Positions 20,410 to 30,421 of a stretch of DNA of 57,446 nt are shown here, one piece after another; positions within the stretch are counted from its first letter, which is position 1, and each line of letters opens with the position of its first letter. The stretch comes from Bacteroidota bacterium (lineage in GTDB: Bacteria > Bacteroidota > Bacteroidia > Flavobacteriales > Flavobacteriaceae), in contig JBJOOG010000030.1 of assembly GCA_046051465.1 (NCBI GenBank), positions 1 through 57,446 of the forward strand. Direction: 5' to 3'. Both the position numbers and the translations under genes were made by a program. A model generated the notes under the pieces. It searched no databases, was not told the DNA's origin, and worked only from the letters and a program-made list of their open reading frames with translations.

Positions 20410-21185
20410 TAGGGTTTTTGTTTTACGCGAAAAGAATATTTAAGTCCTTTAAACGATTCGAGTTCTGCTTTAATCGAGCCAACCAATAAGCTGGCTTTTA
20501 TGCGAATGGGTAATTTGTTGTCGTCATCTGAAATCCAAACCGTAACGCTTTCTTCTTCTTTAAAGACCCTGCCCGATTGAACGAGCGGTCGGAAAATCAT
20601 GGTTGAAATGGTTCCAAATTTAGTTTCTATATCTTCTTTACCTAGGTATTTTAACTTGAATTTAGTGGTTTCGTTGTCAAAAAACATATCAATAGCAACC
20701 GATTCGCCTACTTTCAATTTATCAATTGTGGGGTGGTTTCTCAGGTAATAAAACGACGACATGATGTCTTGAATTTCCTCAGGGGTTCTGAAGCTGGACT
20801 CGCTTTTATTTTTGTAGTCTTTTACTAAAACCGTGTTGGCAGATTGATCAAAAAACCCTTCTTGGTTTTTGGTGTAACCTCCTTCATTTATTTTTCGCAC
20901 AAACTGATACGGTTTACCCGTTTCTTTGTCAAAATAGGATTCGTAAAGATCTTCTACTTTAAATATAAAGCGTGACATACCGGTGGTGTAACCCCGTCCG
21001 ATGGCGTGGTATACTTTTTTGTTGTTTCGGGTGGCTTCTTTTACTTCGAGGGTAGCGTAACCGGCATTGATAAAGCCATAATGTATGCGAAATTTAAACC
21101 ATTCACCAACCTCAAAAGCCCTTTCCTTTTGTGAGCTAAAGCCTAAAGTAGAAAGCGCCAATAAGAAAACAAGTATTTTTTTCAT
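20409..21185 (-). CDS. DUF3108-family secreted protein
   Basis: Signal peptide, GEWFKFRIHYG and C-terminal VWISDD.NKLPIRI. Confidence 0.75.
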   Translation of the reverse strand: MKKILVFLLALSTLGFSSQKERAFEVGEWFKFRIHYGFINAGYATLEVKEATRNNKKVYHAIGRGYTTGMSRFIFKVEDLYESYFDKETGKPYQFVRKINEGGYTKNQEGFFDQSANTVLVKDYKNKSESSFRTPEEIQDIMSSFYYLRNHPTIDKLKVGESVAIDMFFDNETTKFKLKYLGKEDIETKFGTISTMIFRPLVQSGRVFKEEESVTVWISDDDNKLPIRIKASLLVGSIKAELESFKGLKYSFRVKQKP

Positions 21186-21241
21186 GGGAATTACTTTGCT
21201 TTCGATTCACAAAAGCATTACGTTTTCAAATGTATTAAAAC

Positions 21242-21355
21242 AAAAAAACCCAATCAAATAATGACTGAGTTTTTATGCTATTAACCAACCAAAAAATTAT
21301 AAATTATGAAAATTTATTATAAAAAACGTAGGGAACCACCCCTGTTTTTTTTTGA
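21242..21355 (-). ncRNA. Candidate small RNA or terminated leader between hppD and the DUF3108 gene
   Basis: Minus-strand TATATTTG at 21361-21368, a 5' hairpin AAAAAAC-AGGG..CCCT-ac-GTTTTTT, and terminator AACTCAGTCA-ttatt-TGATTGGGTT-TTTTT (21242-21274). Confidence 0.45.
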
Positions 21356-21478
21356 TTGGACAAATATACGTGCTTTATTGAATAATATTTAGCCAAATTT
21401 GAACTTTAACGTTTTATTGTCAACAAATACACTACTACAACGATGTAATTTGAATTTTTCGCAAGAAAATTAACTATT

Positions 21479-22639
21479 TTATAACGTTCCCCTTTTTTCT
21501 TGTTCACGTTCAATTGACTCAAACAAGGCTTTAAAATTACCTGCACCAAATCCTTTTGCTCCCATACGCTGTATGATTTCATAAAACAAGGTGGGACGAT
21601 CTTCTACCGGTTTAGTAAATATTTGCAACAAATACCCTTCTTCATCGGCATCAATCATAATGGCCAAATTTTGCAGTGAATTCAAGTCTTCTTTCATCAT
21701 GTCCATGTGCGCACCCAATCGACTTGGAATAGCATCGTAGTAGGATTTGGGTGGAGCCGATAAAAACTCTACGCCTCGCGCACGCAGTTGGGTTACCGTT
21801 GAAATAATATCATCCGTAGCAATTGCAATGTGTTGCACCCCCGCGCCTTCATAAAAATCTAAGTATTCTTCAATTTGTGAACGTTTGTTTCCTTTGGCTG
21901 GTTCGTTAATCGGAAACTTGATGCGGCCATTGCCATTGCTCATTACCTTACTCATTAAAGCCGAATATTCGGTGTGTATTTGCTTGTCGTCAAACGAAAG
22001 GAAATTCACAAAACCCATTACGTCTTCATACCATTTTACCCAAGTATTCATTTGATTCCAACCCACATTGCCTACCATGTGGTCAATAAATTTAAGGCCA
22101 ACTGGCGCCGGATTATAATCTGATTTCCATGCTTGGAAACCGGGCAAAAAGATCCCGTTGTAGTTTTTGCGTTCAACAAATAGGTGAACTGTCTCGCCGT
22201 AAGTATAAATTCCTGCACGAACCACTTCGCCAAACTCATCGGTTTCAACTGTGGGTTCGAGGTATGGTTTGGCGCCACGTTTGGTGGTTTCGAGAAAAGC
22301 TTGTCGGGCGTCGTCCACCCAAAGGGCAATAATTTTTACTCCATCGCCGTGTTTTTTTACGTGTTCGCCAATTTCAGAATCGCTCACTAATGCAGTAGTT
22401 AAGACCAATTTTACTTTGTCTTGTACCAATACATACGAAGTTCTATCGCGCACGCCTGTTTCTAATCCGGCATAAGCCAAGGATTGAAATCCAAAGGCGG
22501 TTTTGTAGTAGTGGGCCGCTTGTTTAGCGTTGCCTACATAAAATTCTACGTAATCTGTACCAAAAAGGGGAAGGAAATCTTGCGCGCCTTCAAATATTTT
22601 TTCTAAACCGTATTCTACGGATGTAATTTCTTTTGCCAT
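21479..22639 (-). CDS. hppD: 4-hydroxyphenylpyruvate dioxygenase
   Basis: Motifs IDHMVGNV, KFPINEP, GVQHIA, LLQIFTKP and EIIQRMGAKGFGAGNFKALF. Start at MAKEIT is inferred. Confidence 0.96.
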   Translation of the reverse strand: MAKEITSVEYGLEKIFEGAQDFLPLFGTDYVEFYVGNAKQAAHYYKTAFGFQSLAYAGLETGVRDRTSYVLVQDKVKLVLTTALVSDSEIGEHVKKHGDGVKIIALWVDDARQAFLETTKRGAKPYLEPTVETDEFGEVVRAGIYTYGETVHLFVERKNYNGIFLPGFQAWKSDYNPAPVGLKFIDHMVGNVGWNQMNTWVKWYEDVMGFVNFLSFDDKQIHTEYSALMSKVMSNGNGRIKFPINEPAKGNKRSQIEEYLDFYEGAGVQHIAIATDDIISTVTQLRARGVEFLSAPPKSYYDAIPSRLGAHMDMMKEDLNSLQNLAIMIDADEEGYLLQIFTKPVEDRPTLFYEIIQRMGAKGFGAGNFKALFESIEREQEKRGTL

Positions 22640-22704
22640 GTTGTTTTTGGATTGTGGATGCGTCAAGTGGACTGCAACCGAGATTGTAATTTGCTAAAAT
22701 TTAA

Positions 22705-23862
22705 TTATTCTGCCCAGGATTTGTAGTACTTCCCGTCATCAATTCCCATTGCCTCTTCGGTAACCATAAGTGGACGAAAGGTATCCACCATTACAGCCAA
22801 TTCTTGAGTTTCTTTGTGCCCAATGCTGCGTTCCATGGCACCAATAGCTGGTCCATGCGGAATGCCTTTGGGGTGCAAGGTAATGTGTCCTTGCTCAATG
22901 TTGTTTCGGCTCATGAAATCGCCGTCAACGTAATACAACACCTCATCGCTATCAATGTTGCTGTGGTTATAGGGCGCAGGAATAGACTGCGGATGGTAAT
23001 CGTACAAGCGGGGCACAAACGAACAGACTACAAATGTGCTGGTCTCAAACGTTTGGTGTACCGGAGGCGGTTGGTGTACGCGGCCGGTTATCGGTTCAAA
23101 GTTGTGTATGCTAAATCCATATGGATAATTGTAGCCGTCCCAACCAATTACATCAAAGGGATGCGTGGCATACACCACTTCGTGCATCATGCCTTCTTTT
23201 TTGATTTTGATTAAAAAATCACCCTTTTCGTCGTGGGTTTCTAATTCGGAAGGCAATTTAAAATCACGTTCGCAGAATGGCGCATGTTCCAAATGTTGGC
23301 CTGAGGCATTTTTGTAGCGCTTAGGGGTGTAATACGGCGCAAACGATTCAACATAAAACAAGCGGTTATCGGCTTGATCAAATTGGATTTGGTATATCAT
23401 TCCTCGGGGAATAATCAAATAATCGCCGGGCACAAAATCAATGTTGCCAAGCATCGTGCGCAATTTTCCGCTGCCTTTGTGAATAAATAATAATTCGTCG
23501 GCGTCGGCATTTTTATAAAAGTAATCGGTAAGTGATTCTTGTGGAGCAGCCAATCCAATGGTACAATCTGCATTGACCAACAGGGGTTTACGGCTGTGCA
23601 AAAAATCACGCTCCGGCTTTAACTCAAAGCCTTTTAACAGCAACGATTTGATGTTTTTGTCAATGGCTATTTTGGGAGCAACTGAGTACGAGGCTTTTAT
23701 TTCTTTAACTTGAGTGGGGCGATGCACGTGATAGGACAAGGAAGAATGACCGTGAAAACCTTCGGTGCCGAACAATTGCTCGTAGTACAATTCGCCATTT
23801 GGTTTGCTAAAAATAACGTGTCTTTTGGCGGGGAAAGACCCTAATTTATGGTATACTGGCAT
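22705..23862 (-). CDS. hmgA: Homogentisate 1,2-dioxygenase
   Basis: Motifs HPFDVIGWDG, HQPPPVH, PYNHSNIDSDE and LHPKGIPHGP. Adjacent to hppD. Confidence 0.93.
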   Translation of the reverse strand: MPVYHKLGSFPAKRHVIFSKPNGELYYEQLFGTEGFHGHSSLSYHVHRPTQVKEIKASYSVAPKIAIDKNIKSLLLKGFELKPERDFLHSRKPLLVNADCTIGLAAPQESLTDYFYKNADADELLFIHKGSGKLRTMLGNIDFVPGDYLIIPRGMIYQIQFDQADNRLFYVESFAPYYTPKRYKNASGQHLEHAPFCERDFKLPSELETHDEKGDFLIKIKKEGMMHEVVYATHPFDVIGWDGYNYPYGFSIHNFEPITGRVHQPPPVHQTFETSTFVVCSFVPRLYDYHPQSIPAPYNHSNIDSDEVLYYVDGDFMSRNNIEQGHITLHPKGIPHGPAIGAMERSIGHKETQELAVMVDTFRPLMVTEEAMGIDDGKYYKSWAE

Positions 23863-24042
23863 AGTCTTTTAGATATTAATTACTGCGTCAGTTCGCTAAC
23901 GCACGGGTGAAATCAGCACATTTGAATCGAAGCAAAACGTGCTTGCTAGATACAGTACAACCGACTCATTCAGGATTTCTCTTGATGAGGAATTTTAAAT
24001 GATCCAGCAAGTATTCCCAGTGTGTCATCATCTTCAAGAAGC

Positions 24043-24081
24043 AAAAAAAGCCAAAAGAAACAGGAGGCTTCTTTTGGCTTT
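24043..24081 (-). terminator. Intrinsic terminator after the amino acid permease
   Basis: AAAGCCAAAAGAA...TTCTTTTGGCTTT stem with a T-run on the minus strand. Confidence 0.8.
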
Positions 24082-24087
24082 GTTGAA

Positions 24088-25554
24088 TTAATTATCCAGA
24101 TTATTAAGCTTGGAATTTCGTTTGCTGTAAATAAAATATACACTTATTCCAATTACTCCCCAAACTATGAATGCAATCCAAGTTTCTTTTCGTACAAAAT
24201 ACATCAAAAACAAATTAAATGCCACACCAAGACTTCCCACTAGATAAACAGCCGGAGTTTTGTATGGTCTATCTAATTCTGGTTTTTTAACCCGCATTAT
24301 CATTACGGCTACACAAACCATAGCAAAAGCGAGTAAGGTTCCCATTGAACACATTTCACTTACCTTGCTGATAGGCGTCAAAGCAGCAACTACCGAAATA
24401 ATTGCTCCTACAAGTATGGTGCTTTTGTAGGGTGTTTGAAAAGTTGGGTGCAATGTTCTAAAAAAGTTAGGTAAAAGGCCATCTTTTGCCATACCCAAGA
24501 AAATTCGCGTTTGTCCCAGCATCATCACCAACATCACACTAAACAATCCAGCCGTAGCGGCTAATGTAATAACAAATACAGCCCAATTGATTCCGTTTTC
24601 ACTGAAAGCTGAAGCCACAGGTGCCGACTTATCCAATTGGTCGTAGCGAACCATTCCTGTAAGTACTAAGGAAACCAAAATGTACAATATTGTACAAATT
24701 ACCAATGATGCAATAATGGCAAACGGCACGTCTTTTTTGGGATTGATTGCTTCACCAGCTTGCGTAGAAACAGCATCAAATCCGATGTAGGCAAAGAAAA
24801 CAATTGTGGCTGCTGTGAGCACACCGCCAAAACCGAAACTAACTTTTTCTACACCATCAATAAGGGTCGTTTTTTCAGCAGGAATAAAGGGATGCCAGTT
24901 GGCTGTGTCAACATAAAATGCACCAACAATAATTACAAAAAGTACAACTGCAACTTTAATAATTACAATGATGTTATTTGTTTTAGCGGCCTCTTTAATT
25001 CCTTTAATGAGGATATAAGTTACCAACCAAGTGATTAAAAAAGCAGGGAGATTAAAGGCGAAACTTGGAGCTGCTAAGCCTTGCTCGGCGCATTTTTCTG
25101 TAGCGGTAGCAAAGTCATTACACAGCCAAATAGGGAAATCCAAATGAAAAAGGTGTAAGAATTTCACAAAATAACCGCTCCACGCCACTGCAACTGTAGT
25201 GGCTCCCATCATGTATTCTAAAATTAAATTCCAACCTATAAACCAGGCAAATAATTCGCCCACTGTACCATAGGCATAGGCATAAGCCGACCCTTCAACA
25301 GGTAAAACAGAGGCAAATTCAGCGTAACAAAGCGAAGCAAACAAACAGCCAATGCCCGCAATTACAAAAGACAAAGCCAATGCCGGTCCTGCATAATCAT
25401 GTGCTGCAATTCCAGTTAAGGTAAAAATACCTCCACCAATAATTGCACCAATTCCCAGCGAAGTTAGTCCCCAACGGGTAAGCACTCGTTTTAAATCGTT
25501 TTTTTTCATGTCTGCCTCAAAAGCAGCTACTGGTTTTACTCTCCAAATCGACAT
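24088..25554 (-). CDS. APC-family amino acid permease (cationic amino acid transporter-like)
   Basis: Motifs GIGAIIGGGIF, LCYAEFAS..P..GSAY and FFAYIGFD, with about 12 TM segments. Start at MSIWRV is inferred. Confidence 0.92.
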   Translation of the reverse strand: MSIWRVKPVAAFEADMKKNDLKRVLTRWGLTSLGIGAIIGGGIFTLTGIAAHDYAGPALALSFVIAGIGCLFASLCYAEFASVLPVEGSAYAYAYGTVGELFAWFIGWNLILEYMMGATTVAVAWSGYFVKFLHLFHLDFPIWLCNDFATATEKCAEQGLAAPSFAFNLPAFLITWLVTYILIKGIKEAAKTNNIIVIIKVAVVLFVIIVGAFYVDTANWHPFIPAEKTTLIDGVEKVSFGFGGVLTAATIVFFAYIGFDAVSTQAGEAINPKKDVPFAIIASLVICTILYILVSLVLTGMVRYDQLDKSAPVASAFSENGINWAVFVITLAATAGLFSVMLVMMLGQTRIFLGMAKDGLLPNFFRTLHPTFQTPYKSTILVGAIISVVAALTPISKVSEMCSMGTLLAFAMVCVAVMIMRVKKPELDRPYKTPAVYLVGSLGVAFNLFLMYFVRKETWIAFIVWGVIGISVYFIYSKRNSKLNNLDN

Positions 25555-25629
25555 AATAATAGTTTTTTGTTCGTTAATAGGTTTCAAATATAGCTTTTTT
25601 TCTAACTAATTTTTGGTTGATTCAATTTG

Positions 25630-27885
25630 TTAAAATGTAAATCCAACGCTCACCCAAGCAAACCCACGAGTGAGTTCAGGTGACCAAGTGTATTTCAATT
25701 CAATCGGGCCAAAAAGGGTTTCCAAGCCATAGCCCAATGCATATCCTGAATAATTTGCTTTGGTGAGCCAGTGGGTAGAATTAAACAGGTAATCATCCAC
25801 ATTGGCAAAATTGGCCGCAGCATTGAAGTGGTGTTTTTTGAAAAATGTATAATCCAAATTAACCGCCGACATAATCATACTGTTGCCCGAAATACTTAAA
25901 AAATCATAGCCGTAAAAGGGCCTAAAATTGTGCACGCGATTGGCGCCAAAACCACCCAAAATAAAATCAAAGTAGTGACTGCTTTGCCCGCCAAATGAAA
26001 ACCCCACCTCTGATTGCACATGCGCTGTGAGGTGTTTTGTAACGGGGAAAGCAAAAACAAGCTCCGATTTGGCCATCGAAAAGCGGTTGAAGTCGCGGTT
26101 GTAATCGGATGAAAATAAATAGGATTGGCATTCAGCAAAAAAACTCCATCCTTTTTTGGGAAAATATTTATGGTCAAGCGAATCGTATTTTAGGTTTCCA
26201 AAAACACTGGTGAAGCTGCTGTTTTCAAACACAGGTTTGCTGTTTTCGAGCGTAGTTGATGAGATTTTTAAATGCTTGAATTCTACGCCTCCGCCTAGCA
26301 AAAATTTATGCACAAAAAGCGTTTGCACATAGGCCTGATTGGTGTAATCGGCATAATCTATGTTGATGCTATTGATGCCCAAAATTTCTAGTAACTCACC
26401 GTCTGAAAAATCAATTTTTACATTCCGATTGAATTGATTGAACGTAGATTTTAATCCAAAACTCCAATAAAATCCATTGTCAATATAATAATCAAAATTG
26501 TATCTAAAGTTATCGCCTAAAATAAGATCAAGAGAAAGCACATCGTTTTTAAATAGCGTTTTTTTCTTGGTATAATTTGCCAAAACGCCACTTTTAAACA
26601 AGCCATCATAATGCAACCCAAACTTAACAAAGGTGTTGTTGGGGTTTTCCTCCAAATCAAATTGCAAATCAACCAATCCTTCCTTTTGTTCGAGTTGGTA
26701 ATAAATTGCACTGAAATTTTGCGTGGCCGCCATTCTATTGATTCCCGCCGTAAAATCGGCAAAAGAAACCGCCGCATTTTGTTTAATTTTTAATTTACCT
26801 ATTACATACGCCCGTGTATATTTTTGCAAGGTGTTGTTCAAAATAATATTATTCACCCGCAAAGAATCGGCTGGAACAACCATTGATGATTTTCCTTCCC
26901 GAAATTGGCCTTTGAGTTGTTGTAATTTGGGCAGCATTTCTGTTGCGGCCTCTTCCCCTTTTTTCACAATTTCAGAACCTTTCTCAAAGGTCATTACTCC
27001 ATACTTTTTTATGTCGGGCTTGATGTAGAGATCGAGCAGTTTGATTTTGTCATTCATTTTTTCCATCATCTGGAAATTCGAAATTTGAACCAATATTTTG
27101 GCGGCATCTTTCAAATCCAATCGGCCTTTTCCTTCATCTTGTACATCCACACCAATTACCACATCCATCCCCCGTTTTCTCATTTCTTCAACCGGAAAAT
27201 TATTGGTTGCACCCCCGTCAATGAGTAATTTTCCATCAATTTCTACCGGCGAAAATAAACTAGGAAAAGCCCCGCTAGCCAACAATGCTTTGGGCAGATA
27301 CCCCTTGTCAAGTAAGTACTCTTTGCCGGTTTCGATGTCGCTGGCTACACAATAAAATGGGGTGGGCAATTGTGAAAAATCACGAATGGGCAAGACCTGA
27401 AAAAGCAACTTGTTGAGCAGGTTGTAATTGTATATGCCCTTAGACAAGCCAGAGGGAACACCTATTTTAAATTTCTTGAAAGGAAGGGCAATTGCATACA
27501 GCTCATCGTTGTGTTTCTCGTAGAAGTTTTTTGCGTCTCGGGGAATAAAATCGTTCATCAAGGCGTCAAAGTCGGTGGCCATAAAAATGGAGTCAATTTG
27601 GGTAGCCGAGTAGCCCGAAGCATACAAAGCGCCCACCACAGCTCCCATGCTGGTGCCCCCAATATAATCGATGGAAATCCCTTCTTTCTCTAATACCTTT
27701 AGCACCCCAATGTGTGCAAATCCTTTGGCGCCCCCGCCGCTAAGTACCAGTCCAATTTTAGGCCTTGTATGCGGCAATGAATCTTGGGCCAGTACAGCCG
27801 TTGATCCGCAAAACCAAAGCGCAAACACCACTACAAAGAGACGCAAGCAATTAGAAAATGAGAAAAAAAACATTCTATTGTTCAT
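25630..27885 (-). CDS. Patatin-like phospholipase with probable POTRA and outer-membrane beta-barrel (PlpD-like)
   Basis: Motifs LSGGGAKG, GTSMG and DGG. C-terminus is rich in amphipathic beta strands and ends VGFTF. Confidence 0.85.
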   Translation of the reverse strand: MNNRMFFFSFSNCLRLFVVVFALWFCGSTAVLAQDSLPHTRPKIGLVLSGGGAKGFAHIGVLKVLEKEGISIDYIGGTSMGAVVGALYASGYSATQIDSIFMATDFDALMNDFIPRDAKNFYEKHNDELYAIALPFKKFKIGVPSGLSKGIYNYNLLNKLLFQVLPIRDFSQLPTPFYCVASDIETGKEYLLDKGYLPKALLASGAFPSLFSPVEIDGKLLIDGGATNNFPVEEMRKRGMDVVIGVDVQDEGKGRLDLKDAAKILVQISNFQMMEKMNDKIKLLDLYIKPDIKKYGVMTFEKGSEIVKKGEEAATEMLPKLQQLKGQFREGKSSMVVPADSLRVNNIILNNTLQKYTRAYVIGKLKIKQNAAVSFADFTAGINRMAATQNFSAIYYQLEQKEGLVDLQFDLEENPNNTFVKFGLHYDGLFKSGVLANYTKKKTLFKNDVLSLDLILGDNFRYNFDYYIDNGFYWSFGLKSTFNQFNRNVKIDFSDGELLEILGINSINIDYADYTNQAYVQTLFVHKFLLGGGVEFKHLKISSTTLENSKPVFENSSFTSVFGNLKYDSLDHKYFPKKGWSFFAECQSYLFSSDYNRDFNRFSMAKSELVFAFPVTKHLTAHVQSEVGFSFGGQSSHYFDFILGGFGANRVHNFRPFYGYDFLSISGNSMIMSAVNLDYTFFKKHHFNAAANFANVDDYLFNSTHWLTKANYSGYALGYGLETLFGPIELKYTWSPELTRGFAWVSVGFTF

Positions 27886-29683
27886 GGGCTGAATTGACGT
27901 GGTAAAAGTCGGTAATTTTTTTGGCTTTTGAAACGCCTACTACGGCTGCAATATCGGTTTCGCTGGCTTGTTGCAAACGCTTCACGCTTTTGAAATGCTG
28001 CAACAATTGCGTAATGGTTTTCTCGCTTATGCCCGGAATGACTTCCATCGACGAATTGATCGCGGTTTTACTGCGTTGGTCGCGGTGAAAACTGATGCCA
28101 AAACGGTGGGCTTCGTTGCGCAAATACTGAATTACTTTGAGCGTTTCTGATTTTTTGTCCAAATACAAGGGCACCGAATCGCCTGGATAAAACAGTTCTT
28201 CCAATCGCTTGGCAATGCCAATAATGGCAATTTTTCCTCTTAATCCCAGGGCATCAATGCTTTTTAATGCCGACGACAATTGGCCTTTTCCGCCGTCAAT
28301 GATAATGAGTTGAGGCAAAGGCTGTTGTTCATCAAGCAAACGTTTGTATCGACGGTACACCACTTCCTCCATTGAGGCAAAATCATTGGGGCCTTCAACC
28401 GTTTTGATATTAAAATGACGGTAGTCTTTTTTGCTGGGTTTGCCGTCTTTAAACACTACGCAGGCCGCCACCGGATTAGTTCCTTGAATGTTGGAGTTGT
28501 CAAAACATTCAATGTGTCGGGGCTCTGTCGAAAGGCGCAAATCTTTTTGCATTTGGGCCATGATGCGCGTGGTGTGTCGGTCGGGATCTACGATTTGCAG
28601 TTGTTTGAGTTGTTCAATGCGGTGAAATTTGGCATTGCGCTCAGACAGTTCCAAGAGTTGTTTTTTGTCGCCCAAAAGCGGCACCGAAATTTTGAGTTGT
28701 TCGCCCAAATCAACCGCAAAAGGAACTAGAATTTCCTTGGAAAGTAAGTTAAATCGCTCGCGCAATTCTACAATAGCCAACTCCAATAATTCTTGATCGG
28801 ATTCGTCAAGTTTCTTTTTGATTTCGAGTGTATGCGAACGAATAATCGATCCGTGGGCAATTTGCAAAAAATTGACAAAAGCCGCCGTTTCATCGGATAC
28901 AATCGAAAACACATCGACGTTGTTAATTTTAGGATTGATGATGGTAGAACGCGCTTGGTAATTCTCGAGCGTTTCTATTTTTTCTTTCATCTGCTGCGCC
29001 GCTTCAAATTGCATGAGCGAGGCAAAGTGGTTCATTTTTTGTTTAAAATCTTTGATGCTCTCTTTGAGGTTGCCCTTCAAGATTTCGCGGATGGCTTGAA
29101 TTTGCTTTTGGTAATTCTCGAGCGATTCATGTCCTTCGCAAGGTCCTTTGCAATTCCCCAAATGGTATTCCAAACACACCTTGTATTTGTGTTTGGCCAA
29201 ATTGCTGGCATTTAAATCATAGGAACACGTGCGCAGTGGATACAATTGTTTAATCAAATCCATAATCGCACTTACCGTCTTGAAATTGGTATACGGACCA
29301 AAATATTCTGAGCCGTCTTTGATGAGTCGCCGGGTAGAAAACACGCGAGAGAAAGGTTCGTTTTTGATGCACAACCACGGATAGGTTTTATCGTCCCGAA
29401 GCAGCACATTGTAGCGCGGCTGTAATTTTTTGATCAGGTTGTTTTCCAGCAACAAGGCATCTGATTCGGTGGGCACCACAATGTGTTTGATGGTCACAAT
29501 TTTGCGCACCAGCACATTGGTTTTGGCGTTGTCGTGGGTTTTATTAAAATAGGAAGAAACCCGTTTTTTGAGGTTTTTGGCTTTGCCCACATACAAAATT
29601 TTACCAGCGTCATCATAATACTGATACACGCCTGGGCCGTCGGGCAGGGTTTGCAATTGCAATTCTAGAGCCGGATTTTGCAT
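27875..29683 (-). CDS. uvrC: Excinuclease ABC subunit C
   Basis: GIY-YIG motif PGVY..YVGKAKNL, ECFDNSN, IDGGKGQL, RNEAHRF and a C-terminal HhH. ATG at 29683. Confidence 0.97.
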   Translation of the reverse strand: MQNPALELQLQTLPDGPGVYQYYDDAGKILYVGKAKNLKKRVSSYFNKTHDNAKTNVLVRKIVTIKHIVVPTESDALLLENNLIKKLQPRYNVLLRDDKTYPWLCIKNEPFSRVFSTRRLIKDGSEYFGPYTNFKTVSAIMDLIKQLYPLRTCSYDLNASNLAKHKYKVCLEYHLGNCKGPCEGHESLENYQKQIQAIREILKGNLKESIKDFKQKMNHFASLMQFEAAQQMKEKIETLENYQARSTIINPKINNVDVFSIVSDETAAFVNFLQIAHGSIIRSHTLEIKKKLDESDQELLELAIVELRERFNLLSKEILVPFAVDLGEQLKISVPLLGDKKQLLELSERNAKFHRIEQLKQLQIVDPDRHTTRIMAQMQKDLRLSTEPRHIECFDNSNIQGTNPVAACVVFKDGKPSKKDYRHFNIKTVEGPNDFASMEEVVYRRYKRLLDEQQPLPQLIIIDGGKGQLSSALKSIDALGLRGKIAIIGIAKRLEELFYPGDSVPLYLDKKSETLKVIQYLRNEAHRFGISFHRDQRSKTAINSSMEVIPGISEKTITQLLQHFKSVKRLQQASETDIAAVVGVSKAKKITDFYHVNSAHEQ

Positions 29684-29851
29684 GACCAAAGTTAATTGAA
29701 TTGTTTCTAAATCCAAGCGCAGCTGTAGCTGCAATTCACACGAGTGCAGCTGACACACGAGTACAGTTTGTTGCAAGCCGCTATGGCTAGCGAATAGTTA
29801 AGAAGCACCGAATTTATGTACTTTTACGCACAAGTTGAAACTCGCTTTGCC

Positions 29852-30421
29852 ATGCAAAAATCAGACCTGAGATCCTTATACAAACAACGCCGCGCTGCGC
29901 TCACTCCCGAACACATAGACACGCAAAGCCTAGCTATTGCGAATCATGTATTGGCATTGCCCATATGGGAGCACACCTATTTTCATGTGTTTTTGCCCAT
30001 TGAAAAGCAGCGCGAAGTGAATACCGAATTTATTTTGCACCTGTTGGCTGGCAAAGACAAAGAAATTGTAGTTTCTAAAAGCGATTTCAACACCCGCGAA
30101 ATGACGCATTTTTTACTCACCGATTCCACCAAACTAATTCCCAACGCCTACGGCATTCCCGAACCGGTTGCTGGTTTGGCCGCGCCTGTTTCTACTATTG
30201 AAGTGGTATTTGTGCCCTTGTTGGCCTATGACAAATCGGGCCAGCGCGTGGGCTATGGCAAGGGATTTTACGATACTTTTTTACAACAATGCAACCCGAA
30301 CACGGTAAAAATTGGCTTGTCTTTTTTTGCGCCCGAAGAAAATATAGAGGATGTTTCTGCGAATGATGTTGCCCTAGATTATGTGGTCACGCCAGAAGGG
30401 ATTGTGCGTTTTGGGTTGTGA
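29852..30421 (+). CDS. ygfA: 5-formyltetrahydrofolate cyclo-ligase
   Basis: Motifs YGIPEP, VPLLAYD..G.RVGYGKGFYD and DVALD. Confidence 0.92.
   Translation: MQKSDLRSLYKQRRAALTPEHIDTQSLAIANHVLALPIWEHTYFHVFLPIEKQREVNTEFILHLLAGKDKEIVVSKSDFNTREMTHFLLTDSTKLIPNAYGIPEPVAGLAAPVSTIEVVFVPLLAYDKSGQRVGYGKGFYDTFLQQCNPNTVKIGLSFFAPEENIEDVSANDVALDYVVTPEGIVRFGL

Noticed and set aside
29684-29776. N-terminal extensions from upstream TTG/GTG/ATG starts (uvrC, also 16568, 25587, 52755, 54365)
   Set aside because: The extensions run through promoter, terminator or spacer sequence. Downstream ATGs give family-typical N-termini.
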